In this document: in pieces, positions 1-10,500 of the stretch
How the letters are laid out: every line of letters starts with the position of its first letter
Position numbering within the stretch: the stretch's first letter is position 1
IMG/VR virus record: IMGVR_UViG_3300033149_000928
Location: 20,414 to 84,413 of that record
Origin: a virus
Reading direction: 5' to 3' (one strand)
Length of the DNA: 64,000 nucleotides
Position numbers and translations under genes: made by a program
Notes under the pieces: generated by a model
Told to the model about the DNA's origin: nothing
What the model saw: only the letters and a program-made list of their open reading frames with translations
Databases searched by the model: none

Positions 1-894
1 AATTGTTTGACGTACCCATCCACTTGTCAAGGCAATATTTTCTGGTGTATTTTCTGCAGTCCAATTTGTTGCCCAAGTTGGATTTGAACCAGAACTATTC
101 CATGCACTTACAACATCAGAAGTAACAGAATCTGCTGTACTGTCCCATGCAAGTACAGCTGCTCTTACATTTGCTAAATTACCATCCCCTTTAATATAAA
201 AAGATAAACTCGCTACTCCTCCAATAATTTCCTGTGCATTTTTCGCTTCAATAATTTTACATAATCCCATTTTTTTACTAGCAGTTTCAATATCAAATTT
301 CCAACTATATCTAAATCCAGTTGGAGCATCAGTATCTTGAGTAATATCTGAGATATCATTCCCATCACTCAGAAGAATTGTTCTATCTAACAAGTAAGTA
401 TCATCATTATTTGCAGGAGTTGTTGTAGAATCAAAAATTGTTCCTTGTTGCGCTACCTGCATAGCACCGTTAATAAGAATATTCCCACCTACACCCTTAG
501 TATTAAGAGTATTCAAGGCATCAGATACAAAAGCACCAGATACATTTGAATCATTATCTACTTGACTCGCATCATAATCAGAGGCCACAGCTACTACTGC
601 TCCTGTCCTAGTGAAAACACTAGATACTGCGGTGGTAGCTATCGTTTCCCAACTATCCCCATCATCAACATATAATGTACTATTATCTGTTGCCCAATAA
701 AATCGGCCTGACTCCCCGGCAGAAGGCCGGGAAGCCAGTGTACCGACAAGACACCTTCCAGCGATAAGATTACCTGCCCCATCGCCAACGAATAGCTCTT
801 TGGTGTCCGTGGTAAATCCAAGCTCGCCAGCGGCAAGGGTAATGCCATCTAACTGAGCCTTTGTTCCACGGCGAACTTGAATATCCACGGCCAT
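1..894 (-). CDS. Tail fibre / receptor-binding protein, partial (runs off the window's left edge)
   Basis: Not in the ORF track. Hand translation MAVDIQVRRGTKAQLDGITLAAGELGFTTDTKELFVGDG... stays open to base 1. AAGGAG RBS upstream. Mtd/hyaluronidase-type N-terminal attachment motif. Confidence 0.8.
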   Translation of the reverse strand, partial: MAVDIQVRRGTKAQLDGITLAAGELGFTTDTKELFVGDGAGNLIAGRCLVGTLASRPSAGESGRFYWATDNSTLYVDDGDSWETIATTAVSSVFTRTGAVVAVASDYDASQVDNDSNVSGAFVSDALNTLNTKGVGGNILINGAMQVAQQGTIFDSTTTPANNDDTYLLDRTILLSDGNDISDITQDTDAPTGFRYSWKFDIETASKKMGLCKIIEAKNAQEIIGGVASLSFYIKGDGNLANVRAAVLAWDSTADSVTSDVVSAWNSSGSNPTWATNWTAENTPENIALTSGWVRQTI

Positions 895-964
895 CATAAG
901 CTCCTTGTGTAACCCATTGATTTAGTAAATCAAAGTGGTGAGTATACTTCCTCGCCACTCTAAA

Positions 965-2572
965 TTAGAATGAACCACCATCAACCGCAGCAACGGAAAG
1001 CGTTCCAGCAGCATGAGTAAGAGAATCATTGTCAATGGTAAGACCAACACCATTAGCACCAACAGTAACTTGACATACAGTTGCACCAGTTGTATCATCA
1101 GGATCGACTGAGAGTGTACTTCCACCACCACCTGCAATACCATTGCCTTGTGTTGCCAACTGCAACTGTGCTGAGCCATCAGCCTCGATACCGACACCAT
1201 CAATCGCAGCCACATCTACCGCAACACCATTAGCTCCTACACTGACAGGAACCAAATCACCACCAGACTCTGAGTCAGGATCAACAGAAAGTGTTGAACC
1301 ATTACCACCAGCAATACCATTACCTTGAACAGCTAGACGGAGATTAGCTGAACCATCAGCCTCGACACCAGTACCGGCAATCGCTCCAATATCAACACCG
1401 ACACCATTGGCTGTGATATTAGCTGGCTGGATATCTGAACCCGTTTCCGAGTCGGCATCAACGCTAAGCGTGGAACCATTACCACCGGCAATACCATTAC
1501 CCTGTGTTGCAAGGCGGAGATTAGCTGACCCATCAGCTTCAACACCAGTACCAGCAATCGCTGAAATATCAACACCAGCACCATTAGCAGTAAGATTTAC
1601 AGGTTGGACATTTCCGCCAGTCTCAGAATCAGCATCAACACTCACGATATTCGTGGTGATGTCGATACCGTTACCAGCACTAAGGCCCCCACCTTGGTTA
1701 ATAAGTACCCAAGCACCAGTAGGTACAGTACCATCGAAGGCATACTGATTATTATCGTAATAGCCCTCTTGAACCATTATAGCATTGCCTTCAACTGCAT
1801 CTCCTGAGGCAACACCAGTTAATGATGTTCCATCGAAGTCAACTACCTTACTATTATCCGTATTATCCGTATATGGAGAGATAAGTGCCGTACCAGTATC
1901 GGGGGCTAAAGCGGCTCTTACACCATCAGCAACAAAACCACCAGCACCAGTGGTAATTTTGACCCATGCTGATCCACTATATTCCCAGATATCACCAATT
2001 GCTGCCGCTGCCATACCTGCCGCACCATCAGCAGTTGAAACCGTATAGGCGTCACCAGTATTAGTTAAGACTTCGATAACCGATGCCGCAGCGTTACCAA
2101 CGAGATTCAGAACATCAATCGGCTCTTTCCAACTTGTACCGGCAACCGCAGCATTAATAGCGGTCTGAATCTTAGAGGCAGTCCAAAGTTCAGAGGTCGT
2201 AGTTCCGCCATCATCGACAGCTTTCCCTGAGTCCTGACCTTTACCGTTGGCATCAAGACTTACGAGGTTATCTTCAGTACCGCCGATATCCGAAGTGATC
2301 TCGTCCCACGTTGCACCGTTATCCACAAACAACTCGTCAGTATCAGTAGCATAGAATAACCTACCAGCGACTGCCGCTGAGGGGATACTACCAATAGCAG
2401 CCATAATAACACGACCAACGAGTAGATTAGATGCACCATCACCTACCCATAGTTCTTTTTGGTCATCGGTAGTGAAACCAAGTTCACCCGATGCTAATGT
2501 AATTCCATCGAGAGCAGCCTTTGTACCTTTTCGTACTATGATAGTAACACCATACCAATTGCGGATTCTCAT
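965..2572 (-). CDS. Tail fibre-like virion protein with three to four internal ~59-aa repeats
   Basis: Same VRKGT..LASGELGFTTD..ELWVGDG N-terminal motif. Repeats of SVDADSETG..ANGVGVDI.AIAGTGVEADGSANLRLA.QGNGIAGG. Ends in DGGSF. Has the MRIRNWYG leader. Confidence 0.75.
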   Translation of the reverse strand: MRIRNWYGVTIIVRKGTKAALDGITLASGELGFTTDDQKELWVGDGASNLLVGRVIMAAIGSIPSAAVAGRLFYATDTDELFVDNGATWDEITSDIGGTEDNLVSLDANGKGQDSGKAVDDGGTTTSELWTASKIQTAINAAVAGTSWKEPIDVLNLVGNAAASVIEVLTNTGDAYTVSTADGAAGMAAAAIGDIWEYSGSAWVKITTGAGGFVADGVRAALAPDTGTALISPYTDNTDNSKVVDFDGTSLTGVASGDAVEGNAIMVQEGYYDNNQYAFDGTVPTGAWVLINQGGGLSAGNGIDITTNIVSVDADSETGGNVQPVNLTANGAGVDISAIAGTGVEADGSANLRLATQGNGIAGGNGSTLSVDADSETGSDIQPANITANGVGVDIGAIAGTGVEADGSANLRLAVQGNGIAGGNGSTLSVDPDSESGGDLVPVSVGANGVAVDVAAIDGVGIEADGSAQLQLATQGNGIAGGGGSTLSVDPDDTTGATVCQVTVGANGVGLTIDNDSLTHAAGTLSVAAVDGGSF

Positions 2573-2655
2573 TACATTTCTCCTATGTGTAAATTGATTT
2601 ACTAAATCAAAATCTAAAGCCAGTAATTAAAAAGCTCCCATTAACTAAAGTCTCA

Positions 2656-2820
2656 CTAGAAACTCCCACCATCCAACGTGTCTACGTCAAGTTTCCCCTT
2701 TATCCAAGTGTAAATTGCCAAGAAAGTAATATTATAGGAGGTAAGCGCCTTGACAAAATACGCTATACTCGCATCCGTTATTGTACTCGTACCTAACGCA
2801 GACAGTTTCTGATCAGCCAT
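2656..2820 (-). CDS. Small virion-associated protein (54 aa)
   Basis: Hand translation MADQKLSALG...DTLDGGSF*. GGAGG RBS. Shares the DGGSF C-terminus with the next gene. Confidence 0.6.
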   Translation of the reverse strand: MADQKLSALGTSTITDASIAYFVKALTSYNITFLAIYTWIKGKLDVDTLDGGSF

Positions 2821-2833
2821 GTTTAATCCTCCT

Positions 2834-3010
2834 TTAGTCTTCTAATAGTAATCTATCACCAGATTCTAAAAGTAAATTGTCCCCTGTTTCAAGCAATAAA
2901 GCATTGATAGCACCAGTAGGCTCCTCTCCTAGTACCGTGGTTAAGATATCCTGAACAATAGATAATCGGAGAACTGATCTCATACCTCTAATAACCCTAC
3001 GTCCCATCAT
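2834..3010 (-). CDS. Small protein with LLLExGDxLLLE motif
   Basis: Start trimmed to MMGRR after GGAG. The motif is common in small phage structural-module proteins. Confidence 0.55.
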   Translation of the reverse strand: MMGRRVIRGMRSVLRLSIVQDILTTVLGEEPTGAINALLLETGDNLLLESGDRLLLED

Positions 3011-3369
3011 ATTCTCCTTTGCTGCCAGAACATAGCACCTATAGGTATACCGATTAATACCCAAATAATTGGGTACATATAGATATGCTCATTATTAGTG
3101 ACATGAAGGATAACGTCTCCAATAAGAGAGATGACAGCTAAAGTAACAAGTATGAAAGGTTTCTGTATTGCTTTCTCTTTTACAGGAACAAAGAAATGTC
3201 CCATTAATACACCTATCACAAGTGGCAACGTTAAACAACGTAAACCGTAGAACATAATAACTTCGGATATTGTATCTCCACGTTCGGGATTCATGAAAGG
3301 TACAATATCCCAAACTATTAGTCCGAGTGCCACTACTATTAGAATAATTTTAGTTATTTTTCTTAGCAT
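3007..3369 (-). CDS. Four-TM membrane protein (holin-like)
   Basis: Four hydrophobic segments and a basic C-terminus, located in the late module. Confidence 0.55.
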   Translation of the reverse strand: MLRKITKIILIVVALGLIVWDIVPFMNPERGDTISEVIMFYGLRCLTLPLVIGVLMGHFFVPVKEKAIQKPFILVTLAVISLIGDVILHVTNNEHIYMYPIIWVLIGIPIGAMFWQQRRI

Positions 3370-3377
3370 CTTTAGCC

Positions 3378-3500
3378 CTAGCTTTTTCCTTTAGCCCTAG
3401 CCTTAGCATCTTTAGCCTTCTGTTTGAGTTCCTTATTACTCTTAAATTCTGGTACAACAATTGCTACTTCTTCCTTAATTTTTTTTATCTTCTTAGCCAC
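3378..3500 (-). CDS. Small Lys-rich hypothetical protein (40 aa)
   Basis: GTG start after GGAG. Fills the gap between neighbouring genes. Confidence 0.4.
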   Translation of the reverse strand: MAKKIKKIKEEVAIVVPEFKSNKELKQKAKDAKARAKGKS

Positions 3501-3520
3501 TTTATCTCCTATGGTAGTTC

Positions 3521-4180
3521 TTATGGACAAGTACGCAGAATATGTATTAACTTAATATTAACATCAACAGAACCTATAGACTCATAACGAAATCTAACAT
3601 AGATACCAGCAGGAATAAGTTTTGCATCTGAACAACAACACTCAAACTCCCAATTAGCCCATACATAATTAGTAGCTGCGAATTGTCCTAATACAAAATC
3701 TGCTCCATAGCCAAGAATATTATCGACATCAACCATTTCCACTTCAACATAATCCCCATCCTCTGGGTTCGCATCTAATTTAAATCCTATTCCTTGTAAC
3801 ATCATATTTTCAGTGTATTTTACTTCATGTTCTAATGTTTCCTCAGCCGTAGCTGTAATATTATATCCTTTACGGAAAATATTATAACCTGTAAGTTCCT
3901 GGAAACCATTCACTTGAACAGGTGCAGGTATATCCTCTGGATTAGGTACACCTGTATGGGCCTCTACAATTGCTTGGAGAGTTGTTTGGTCTCCAGAGGA
4001 CAATACATCTTTAAACCATATGTCTACGGTATCTCCATCCATATCAATATAGTCAACCGCTATTGATATCGAGGATGCGGATATCTCCTCTTGCAATGTC
4101 GTTAAATCTGGTGTTGCTTCTGTTAAACCCGTAAAATCAGTAGTTATTGATTTCGCGTATTTAGTTGGGGTTGGCATCAA
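3521..4180 (-). CDS. Putative virion structural protein
   Basis: 219-aa acidic ORF coupled to its upstream gene in the tail module. Confidence 0.6.
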   Translation of the reverse strand: MMPTPTKYAKSITTDFTGLTEATPDLTTLQEEISASSISIAVDYIDMDGDTVDIWFKDVLSSGDQTTLQAIVEAHTGVPNPEDIPAPVQVNGFQELTGYNIFRKGYNITATAEETLEHEVKYTENMMLQGIGFKLDANPEDGDYVEVEMVDVDNILGYGADFVLGQFAATNYVWANWEFECCCSDAKLIPAGIYVRFRYESIGSVDVNIKLIHILRTCP

Positions 4181-5793
4181 TTAATCCTCCACAATACAAG
4201 TCTAACTCTACGTATACTTACTTGCTTACCAGATGTAGCTGATGCATAGTCTATATCAAAAGTATGTGCTGCATTAGTTAATGTCCTAATAGCGAAACCA
4301 GCCGTAGCCTCATAGCTATTAGTATCTGTTTGAATATTTTGATTCGCTAAATCAGTAGAATTATCTTCTTGTACACGAAAAGCAACATCAGTGCTAGTAC
4401 CATTTCTAGCTACCTCAACCGACCATCCAACATAGTAATCTCCAGCTGGAATAACACTTGTAAGCATCGTAGCTTTCGTTTGCCAACTTACACTTGTAGT
4501 TGATGATACGCCTTCAGACTTAGCTTCGTGAAATTGTGAACCAAATATAGCGTCTATAGCTGTATTGAGATTACCAAGTTGTACCCGTTTCTTTGCGTTT
4601 GCTACAGCGGAGTCCTCAATAACTATAAGATCAGTTGCTATTGGTGTGGACTTCTCAACAATAGAAACAATCTCACCTGATATATTGTCATGTATAGCAG
4701 TTGCATCAGCACCATCATCTACTGAAGGATTTGGATATGTTCCATTTAAATCCCCACCTGCTGTTCCAGTTGGTATACGGGGTGTAGTAGTATCATCAAG
4801 TGTCGCATCTGTAATCTTAGTATTTAGATTTGCAAGAGTATCTGCTATATGTGCCGACCCACCAAGCGCATGTGTAATACCTGTACTTAAAGTACTAAGT
4901 AAAGCTTTCTTTTTACTATAAGAATCCGCACTATCTTCAATAATAATAATATCTGCATTAACAGGGGTACCCTTCGCACTAATAGCATTAATCTCACCAG
5001 GTATATTATCATGGATAGCTACATGATCGTCGCCATCTGGTAGACCAAGAGTACCTCCACCAGTTATTGAGGTAGTACCAGATACTTCCGTAGCAGTAAG
5101 ATATAACGTACCAGTATCCACATCATAAGCTGTAGATGCCTCAAGTATCGAAGTAACTACGGATACCGTACCAGTACCATCAACCTCAATACCAGTACCA
5201 CTAGGAGCTTCAATATGTTCTACTGTAACAATAATACTACCAGTATCATCAACATATAATGCTGTACCTGCTCCGCTAACCTCAATATGATTAAACTTAG
5301 CGAAGATTTTACCAGTTGTAGCTGCGTCTCCAATAGCGATACCAGTATCAACTAAAGCTTCATGTCCTATGAGTTCAAGTTCACCAGCAGCACAATGAAC
5401 ACCGTTGGCTCCACTTGTTGCTTCAAGGATTTCAATAAATGCTTTTGCTCTACCTGCTCCAGCAGTTTTTGAAATTACTGTTCCACTCGCAACTATACAC
5501 CAATGAGCTAAGAGATATGCTTCATCTCCAAGAATATGATTACCTACAAGCTTAGCAAATGGAGCTTTCAAAACTACATAAGGTGGTATTGTTAAATTCT
5601 CAGTATATATCCCACCATCGACAACTAAAATACCAATAATATTAGAGGCACTAGGAGTATCGCCACTAGCAGCCGCAAGAGCAGCAGTAGCTGTTAAGAA
5701 TGGTTCACTAAGACTTTTGCCTGTATTGGTATCTAAACCATACTTAGCAACATAATATTGCTGTATAGAATCTGGCAATGGAGTATACGCCAT
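4177..5793 (-). CDS. Tail fibre/spike protein with beta-helix-like N-terminal region
   Basis: YYVAKYGLDTNTGKSLSEPFLT is a DUF1565/pectin-lyase-like start. Internal duplication (AIHDNI.GEI..I..K.TP...D.I.IEDSA). GGDLNGTYPNPSV fibre motif. Confidence 0.65.
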   Translation of the reverse strand: MAYTPLPDSIQQYYVAKYGLDTNTGKSLSEPFLTATAALAAASGDTPSASNIIGILVVDGGIYTENLTIPPYVVLKAPFAKLVGNHILGDEAYLLAHWCIVASGTVISKTAGAGRAKAFIEILEATSGANGVHCAAGELELIGHEALVDTGIAIGDAATTGKIFAKFNHIEVSGAGTALYVDDTGSIIVTVEHIEAPSGTGIEVDGTGTVSVVTSILEASTAYDVDTGTLYLTATEVSGTTSITGGGTLGLPDGDDHVAIHDNIPGEINAISAKGTPVNADIIIIEDSADSYSKKKALLSTLSTGITHALGGSAHIADTLANLNTKITDATLDDTTTPRIPTGTAGGDLNGTYPNPSVDDGADATAIHDNISGEIVSIVEKSTPIATDLIVIEDSAVANAKKRVQLGNLNTAIDAIFGSQFHEAKSEGVSSTTSVSWQTKATMLTSVIPAGDYYVGWSVEVARNGTSTDVAFRVQEDNSTDLANQNIQTDTNSYEATAGFAIRTLTNAAHTFDIDYASATSGKQVSIRRVRLVLWRIN

Positions 5794-5814
5794 GTCATTC
5801 CCCTATAATATTAC

Positions 5815-6564
5815 TTAGAGTACCCACCATTCTGTACCATCACAGAATACATCTAAGGATTCATATTGTGCTGTGATATCTTTGGTTAAAGAATCATCAA
5901 TAGTCTCAGTACCATTACCATCGAGAGTCACATTATTTGCACTGGCATTTAACTTCTTAACTCGATACAGTACTCCAGAAGAGGAGGCTACTGCTGGTAA
6001 ATTAATAGTTATAGCTCCACCTGTTGTATCGCAAAGTATAATACCCTCACCACCTGGAGTATATGGACTATCGGTATTATCAATATGTACGAAAGTACCA
6101 TTTCCAGGAGTTACCCACTCTAATCCAGTTGCTTTAGAATTATTAGCAGCAAGTTGCTGTCCATTTATTCCTACTGGAAGTCGAGATATCGCATCATCTC
6201 CAGTACCTGCTAGGAGATCACCTTTCGCATCAACGGTGGAAACCATTAATGCACCAGCACTAGCTACATTAGTAGGGTCAGTGATATCTGCTAGAGCCTC
6301 AATGCCATCTAACTTAGCGATCTGAGCAGCAGTCGCTACTCCCTTTTGTACTGCCGTGGCATCCTGGATATCATCAGTACCATCTGTATGGTCAGTAGCA
6401 TGTAAGAGTTCAGCTTTGGTATCTGCAATATCCCGTACTGCTTTCTCTGTAGCTAATGAAGTATCAACACCTGGAGTACCAATAGATGTTGCTACATCAT
6501 ATCCATCTTCAATATGATTTCCATCAGCAGCCTTTGGGATTTTTCCTGCTGTGAGATCAGCCAT
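5815..6564 (-). CDS. Tail fibre-associated protein
   Basis: AKGDLLAG...RLPVG.NGQ.L fibre motif. C-terminal DTTGGAITINLP...NVTLDGNGTETID domain typical of phage fibre proteins. Confidence 0.65.
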   Translation of the reverse strand: MADLTAGKIPKAADGNHIEDGYDVATSIGTPGVDTSLATEKAVRDIADTKAELLHATDHTDGTDDIQDATAVQKGVATAAQIAKLDGIEALADITDPTNVASAGALMVSTVDAKGDLLAGTGDDAISRLPVGINGQQLAANNSKATGLEWVTPGNGTFVHIDNTDSPYTPGGEGIILCDTTGGAITINLPAVASSSGVLYRVKKLNASANNVTLDGNGTETIDDSLTKDITAQYESLDVFCDGTEWWVL

Positions 6565-6599
6565 ATCATTTCCTTTGATTTACTAAATCAAATTGTAAT

Positions 6600-7040
6600 T
6601 TAGATAGCATATACCGGCTCTTCATCAGTATTATAAATTTGCTCTTCATCCGTATTGAAAAGTCCTTCGGGAGCACCAAGATTCACTCCCATTAATTCAA
6701 AGCTAACCTCATAAGAACCACAGTTAGTATCTCTCTGTGTTATAATATCCATAGGGTTGGAGATAACAACTCCTTCCCAAACTTCATTGTTATGATCTGT
6801 TATTTTAATCTGTTCACCAGCAGAGGCTATCAAAATAGCTTCAAAATCCTCTTTTGTGGTTTTCTTTAAATTACTAAAGGAGAAAGTACGCATCTCCTTA
6901 TTAGGCCAACCTGCATCTTTAACACTTTTAACCTCTCCACCTATAGTTTCACGGTTAACTGCGTAAGTCCTGAGACTATGGGTATCTCCCAATTCTGGGT
7001 TTCGTAAAGCAACATAACCACCATCGTAATAAAAGATCAT
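6600..7040 (-). CDS. Distal-tail-like protein
   Basis: Size and position downstream of the tape measure gene. Confidence 0.5.
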   Translation of the reverse strand: MIFYYDGGYVALRNPELGDTHSLRTYAVNRETIGGEVKSVKDAGWPNKEMRTFSFSNLKKTTKEDFEAILIASAGEQIKITDHNNEVWEGVVISNPMDIITQRDTNCGSYEVSFELMGVNLGAPEGLFNTDEEQIYNTDEEPVYAI

Positions 7041-7537
7041 CCTGCCGCTCCAGAAACCGTATAAGTAATATTAAGGGTATCACTCGCAACAGCAGAGACA
7101 TTCCCATCAAGGAAAAGTCCAGTTGCCCAAAGTGTTCCCGTTGATCCACCTTTAGCACTATCACTAGTAAGGAAAAGTCCAGAAATTGTAGTTGTTCCAT
7201 TTATATTGAATACAACAAAAGAACTATTAGTAATCTCTTTACTGGCGGCGGCATCCGGTCCCCATGCTTGACGTACAGCTTCTGTGTAGGTCTGATCTTC
7301 GGTCCATCCTGGGTGGCTAGCCATCGTATCGGCAGCAGCAAGATCACCGATAACCGCATCATTGATTAAACCTAGATACCATGCGGCGATTTGAGTATCA
7401 TTATGGAACTGAATACCAAGGATGCTGTCGATACCCACATCGACAACACCATTCTTGAATTCATAATTCCCGATAACTTTCCCATCGCGTATATGTTCTA
7501 ACTTGAAGGTTCCTTTAAAATTAATGCCGGTTTTCAT
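7037..7537 (-). CDS. Tail tip / baseplate-type protein
   Basis: NGVVDVG..WYLGL..DTMASHPGWTE..DTLNITYT is a common phage tail protein pattern. Lies directly after the tape measure gene. Confidence 0.55.
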   Translation of the reverse strand: MKTGINFKGTFKLEHIRDGKVIGNYEFKNGVVDVGIDSILGIQFHNDTQIAAWYLGLINDAVIGDLAAADTMASHPGWTEDQTYTEAVRQAWGPDAAASKEITNSSFVVFNINGTTTISGLFLTSDSAKGGSTGTLWATGLFLDGNVSAVASDTLNITYTVSGAAG

Positions 7538-7587
7538 GGGTACTGTCTCCTTTGATTTAGTAAATCAAAGCGGCGAAGCCGCCTCCC

Positions 7588-10500
7588 TCAAAACCTAAGT
7601 GTCTTTCTACGGATTTGTCTCTGTAAGAGTTTCCCAACCTTAGTAACGTCATAAGCTTCATTGCCACTGGACTGCATATTGATATTCACATCACCAACAT
7701 TGGTTACAGAGCCGCCACCTTGGAATGGTTGGATACCGGCATTCATAGCTACGAGTTGCGTATGGAACTTCCTAGCTGATCTTGCGTTCATCACGAACTC
7801 ACCAGGAGTAAGCATAGCGGGTACGGTGTCTGTACTTCCTGGGACATCTCCTCCTGCTGCTCTACCTAATGGACCGACTTTATCTCTAATTTGAGCTAAT
7901 AAAGCTGGAATATCTACTGTTTGTGCTTTCTCAATCTTCTTTAAGTGGTCGTTCCTATCTCTATCCGCTTGTTCAGTGAGGCCAAAGGTTTTATCGAATG
8001 CTTTTCGAGATTCCTCTACTTGCTTTTTCGATGCCTCAGTTAATTTCTTTAGTTCACTAACTGCATTATTATCTCTAGTAATTCTAAATAACCTCAATAC
8101 CGCATCTTCAAAAGTACTAATTGCAGCGACACCTTCTTCCGATCTTTGGCCTCTAAAGAAAGGAGCTAGTTCTTGTTGTGATCTCTCGAAATCTTCAATA
8201 GTTTTTATTAATACTGCTGCACCCTTAGCTGTTGGGTCTTTTAAGAACGGAGCTAAATCAGCTCTGAATTTAGCAAAATCTGGTCCTAATTTTGCAAAAG
8301 TACTTATAAGATCAGTTCTAGCCGCAGGTTCTGATCCTCTTAATTTAAGTTCTGCTTCCTTTTGTACTTTTATTCTATTCTTAAGCCCTTCTTCCTGGAG
8401 TTTGATTGTCTTTCTTACAGTTTCTAGTTCTTGTTCCAAAAGTTTCTTTTTAAGGGTTTCCTCTATCTGTGCTTCTTTCTTAGCTAATTGCTCTTGAGCA
8501 ACTATGGCAGTTTTAGGGTCTTTTACACTGGCCTTTTCAATGGTCTCTCTTGCTTTATCAACATCTTTTAAGGCTTTTAATAAATTAACTATTTGTTCAT
8601 CAACATCATCTACCCCGATTAAATCTTTAACTTTGAGTTTACTTATTTCTCTTGACTGCTCTTGTATAAGTTTAAGATTCTTTTCCCGTCTTTCTGTTTC
8701 TTCTTTTGCCTCCTTTGTGGCTTGTTTTGCTGCTTCCGCTAATTCCTTTTCAAATTCAATTCTCTGTTTTATAAGTGCATTTTGTGCTTTTGAAATTTCA
8801 AGTTGTTCAATCTCAATAGGTTGACGTTCTTTGATCTCTTGAGTAATATTTGCTGTTACTGTTAATAATTTTCTAATACGTTCGTTATTTTCTCTTTCAA
8901 AACGTTCTTGATCTCGTTGAGCTTTAAGTACTGCCTTATCTTTGCTTTGTATACTCTTAATCTCACCATTTACACTAGTAATACTTATTCGTGCACCGGC
9001 TCTTATTCTAGCATCAATCTTATTTTCAAAAGTCAATCTCTTATCAGCCGCTTTAAGACGTAAATTTTCTAAATCTGTAGCGGCTTTCTTTCCCCGTTCC
9101 CGTAATTTATTAACTTCCTTCTCATTAGATTCATTCTTCTCCGCTGTATCTGATTGGAGTTTAGCTGCTTCCTCAAGTAATTTCTTTGTTATATCAAAAG
9201 CTGCCCTTGCATTACGTTGAGATTGTTGGTCAGTACCCGTTATTGAGATAGCAGCAACAAATTGTTTTTGAGCTTCAGCTATAAGTAATCGTTGTTTTGC
9301 TTGAACATCTACTGCACTATCTAATTGTTCTCTAAGTATATTACTAGCTAATTCTCTTTTGAGGTCAGCAATATTCTTAGTAGTTTGTTCAATAGTCTTT
9401 TCTGAGTCCTTAAGAATATCATTAAGGTCTTTAATGCCTGCTTGTATTGACTTAATAACATCTTGGTATGCGAGTTTAAGTCCATTTGCTAATTCTTTAT
9501 CTAGTCCGACTTGAGTATCTAATTGTTTACTTAATACACTTTGGACTTGAGCTATAGCCGCTTTAGCTAAGCGAAACTCTACTTCATATCCACTCTCGAT
9601 AATTTTGAGTCGTGCTGTAGTTTGATCTTTAAGTTTCTTAACAGATTCATTATAGAAATCATCTGCTTCTTTAATAGCTTCATCATAGGAATTAGTGACT
9701 GAATCAAAGGCTAATTTGAGTCCTATACCTGCCGCTGTCAGTCCCGCAACAAGAGCGCCGAAGGGAGTGACAATGATAGCTAAATTTAGACTCACAAGTG
9801 CAGCAGCCGCTAAACCAATAGCTGGGGCTAAGAAAACAGTAATAACACTAGCAAAGAGCTTAACACTATCAGATAAAGATAAAACATTATCATTAACAAA
9901 TTTAATTGTATCAATAAGGTCTCTACCAATTTCCTCAGTAAAGAAGTTCTTAATCTTATTTACTTCGATACGGATTTCTCTACCCGTATTAGTTAAGGTT
10001 TCTTTAAGAGCCACTTCATAAGATGCTTGAGCCTCTTGGAGTTCTTTCCAGTTATTTTCAAAAGTCTTGAGACCTCTACCGGCAAAGACCATTGCGCCAC
10101 TGATAGCACGAATACGTCCAAAGATTTTACCTAATTCAGAAGAACTACCCTTAGTACGTTCTTCAATTTTCGCAAGTACACCACCAAATCCGAAAGCAGC
10201 AATTGCAGCTTCACCAGATACAACACCCCATTCTCTAAAGAGTTTAGTCATTTCCGCAGTTGGGCGGATTAATTTTAACAAAATGTTGCGAATTGCTGTT
10301 TGGGCCTTTTCGAATGGCACACCACGTATTGTAACTGTAGTAATAGCAGCGGCAAGGTCTGTAAATGAAAGCCCTAAATTAGCTGCCGGAACAGCACTTT
10401 GTCCTATAGTATTTGCCATTTCATCAAGACGCACACGACCAAGTTCAATCGTCTTAAATGTTTGTGCTGCTATATTTGCAGTATCATCAAGGGTAAGATT

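Noticed and set aside
917-933. FNR/CRP box as the identity of the 17-bp palindrome
   Set aside because: The FNR box is TTGAT-N4-ATCAA. Here the spacing is N7 with conserved inner bases.
1-2572. Diversity-generating retroelement (Mtd-like N-termini)
   Set aside because: No reverse transcriptase and no TR/VR pair seen in the window. The motif is a generic fibre attachment domain.
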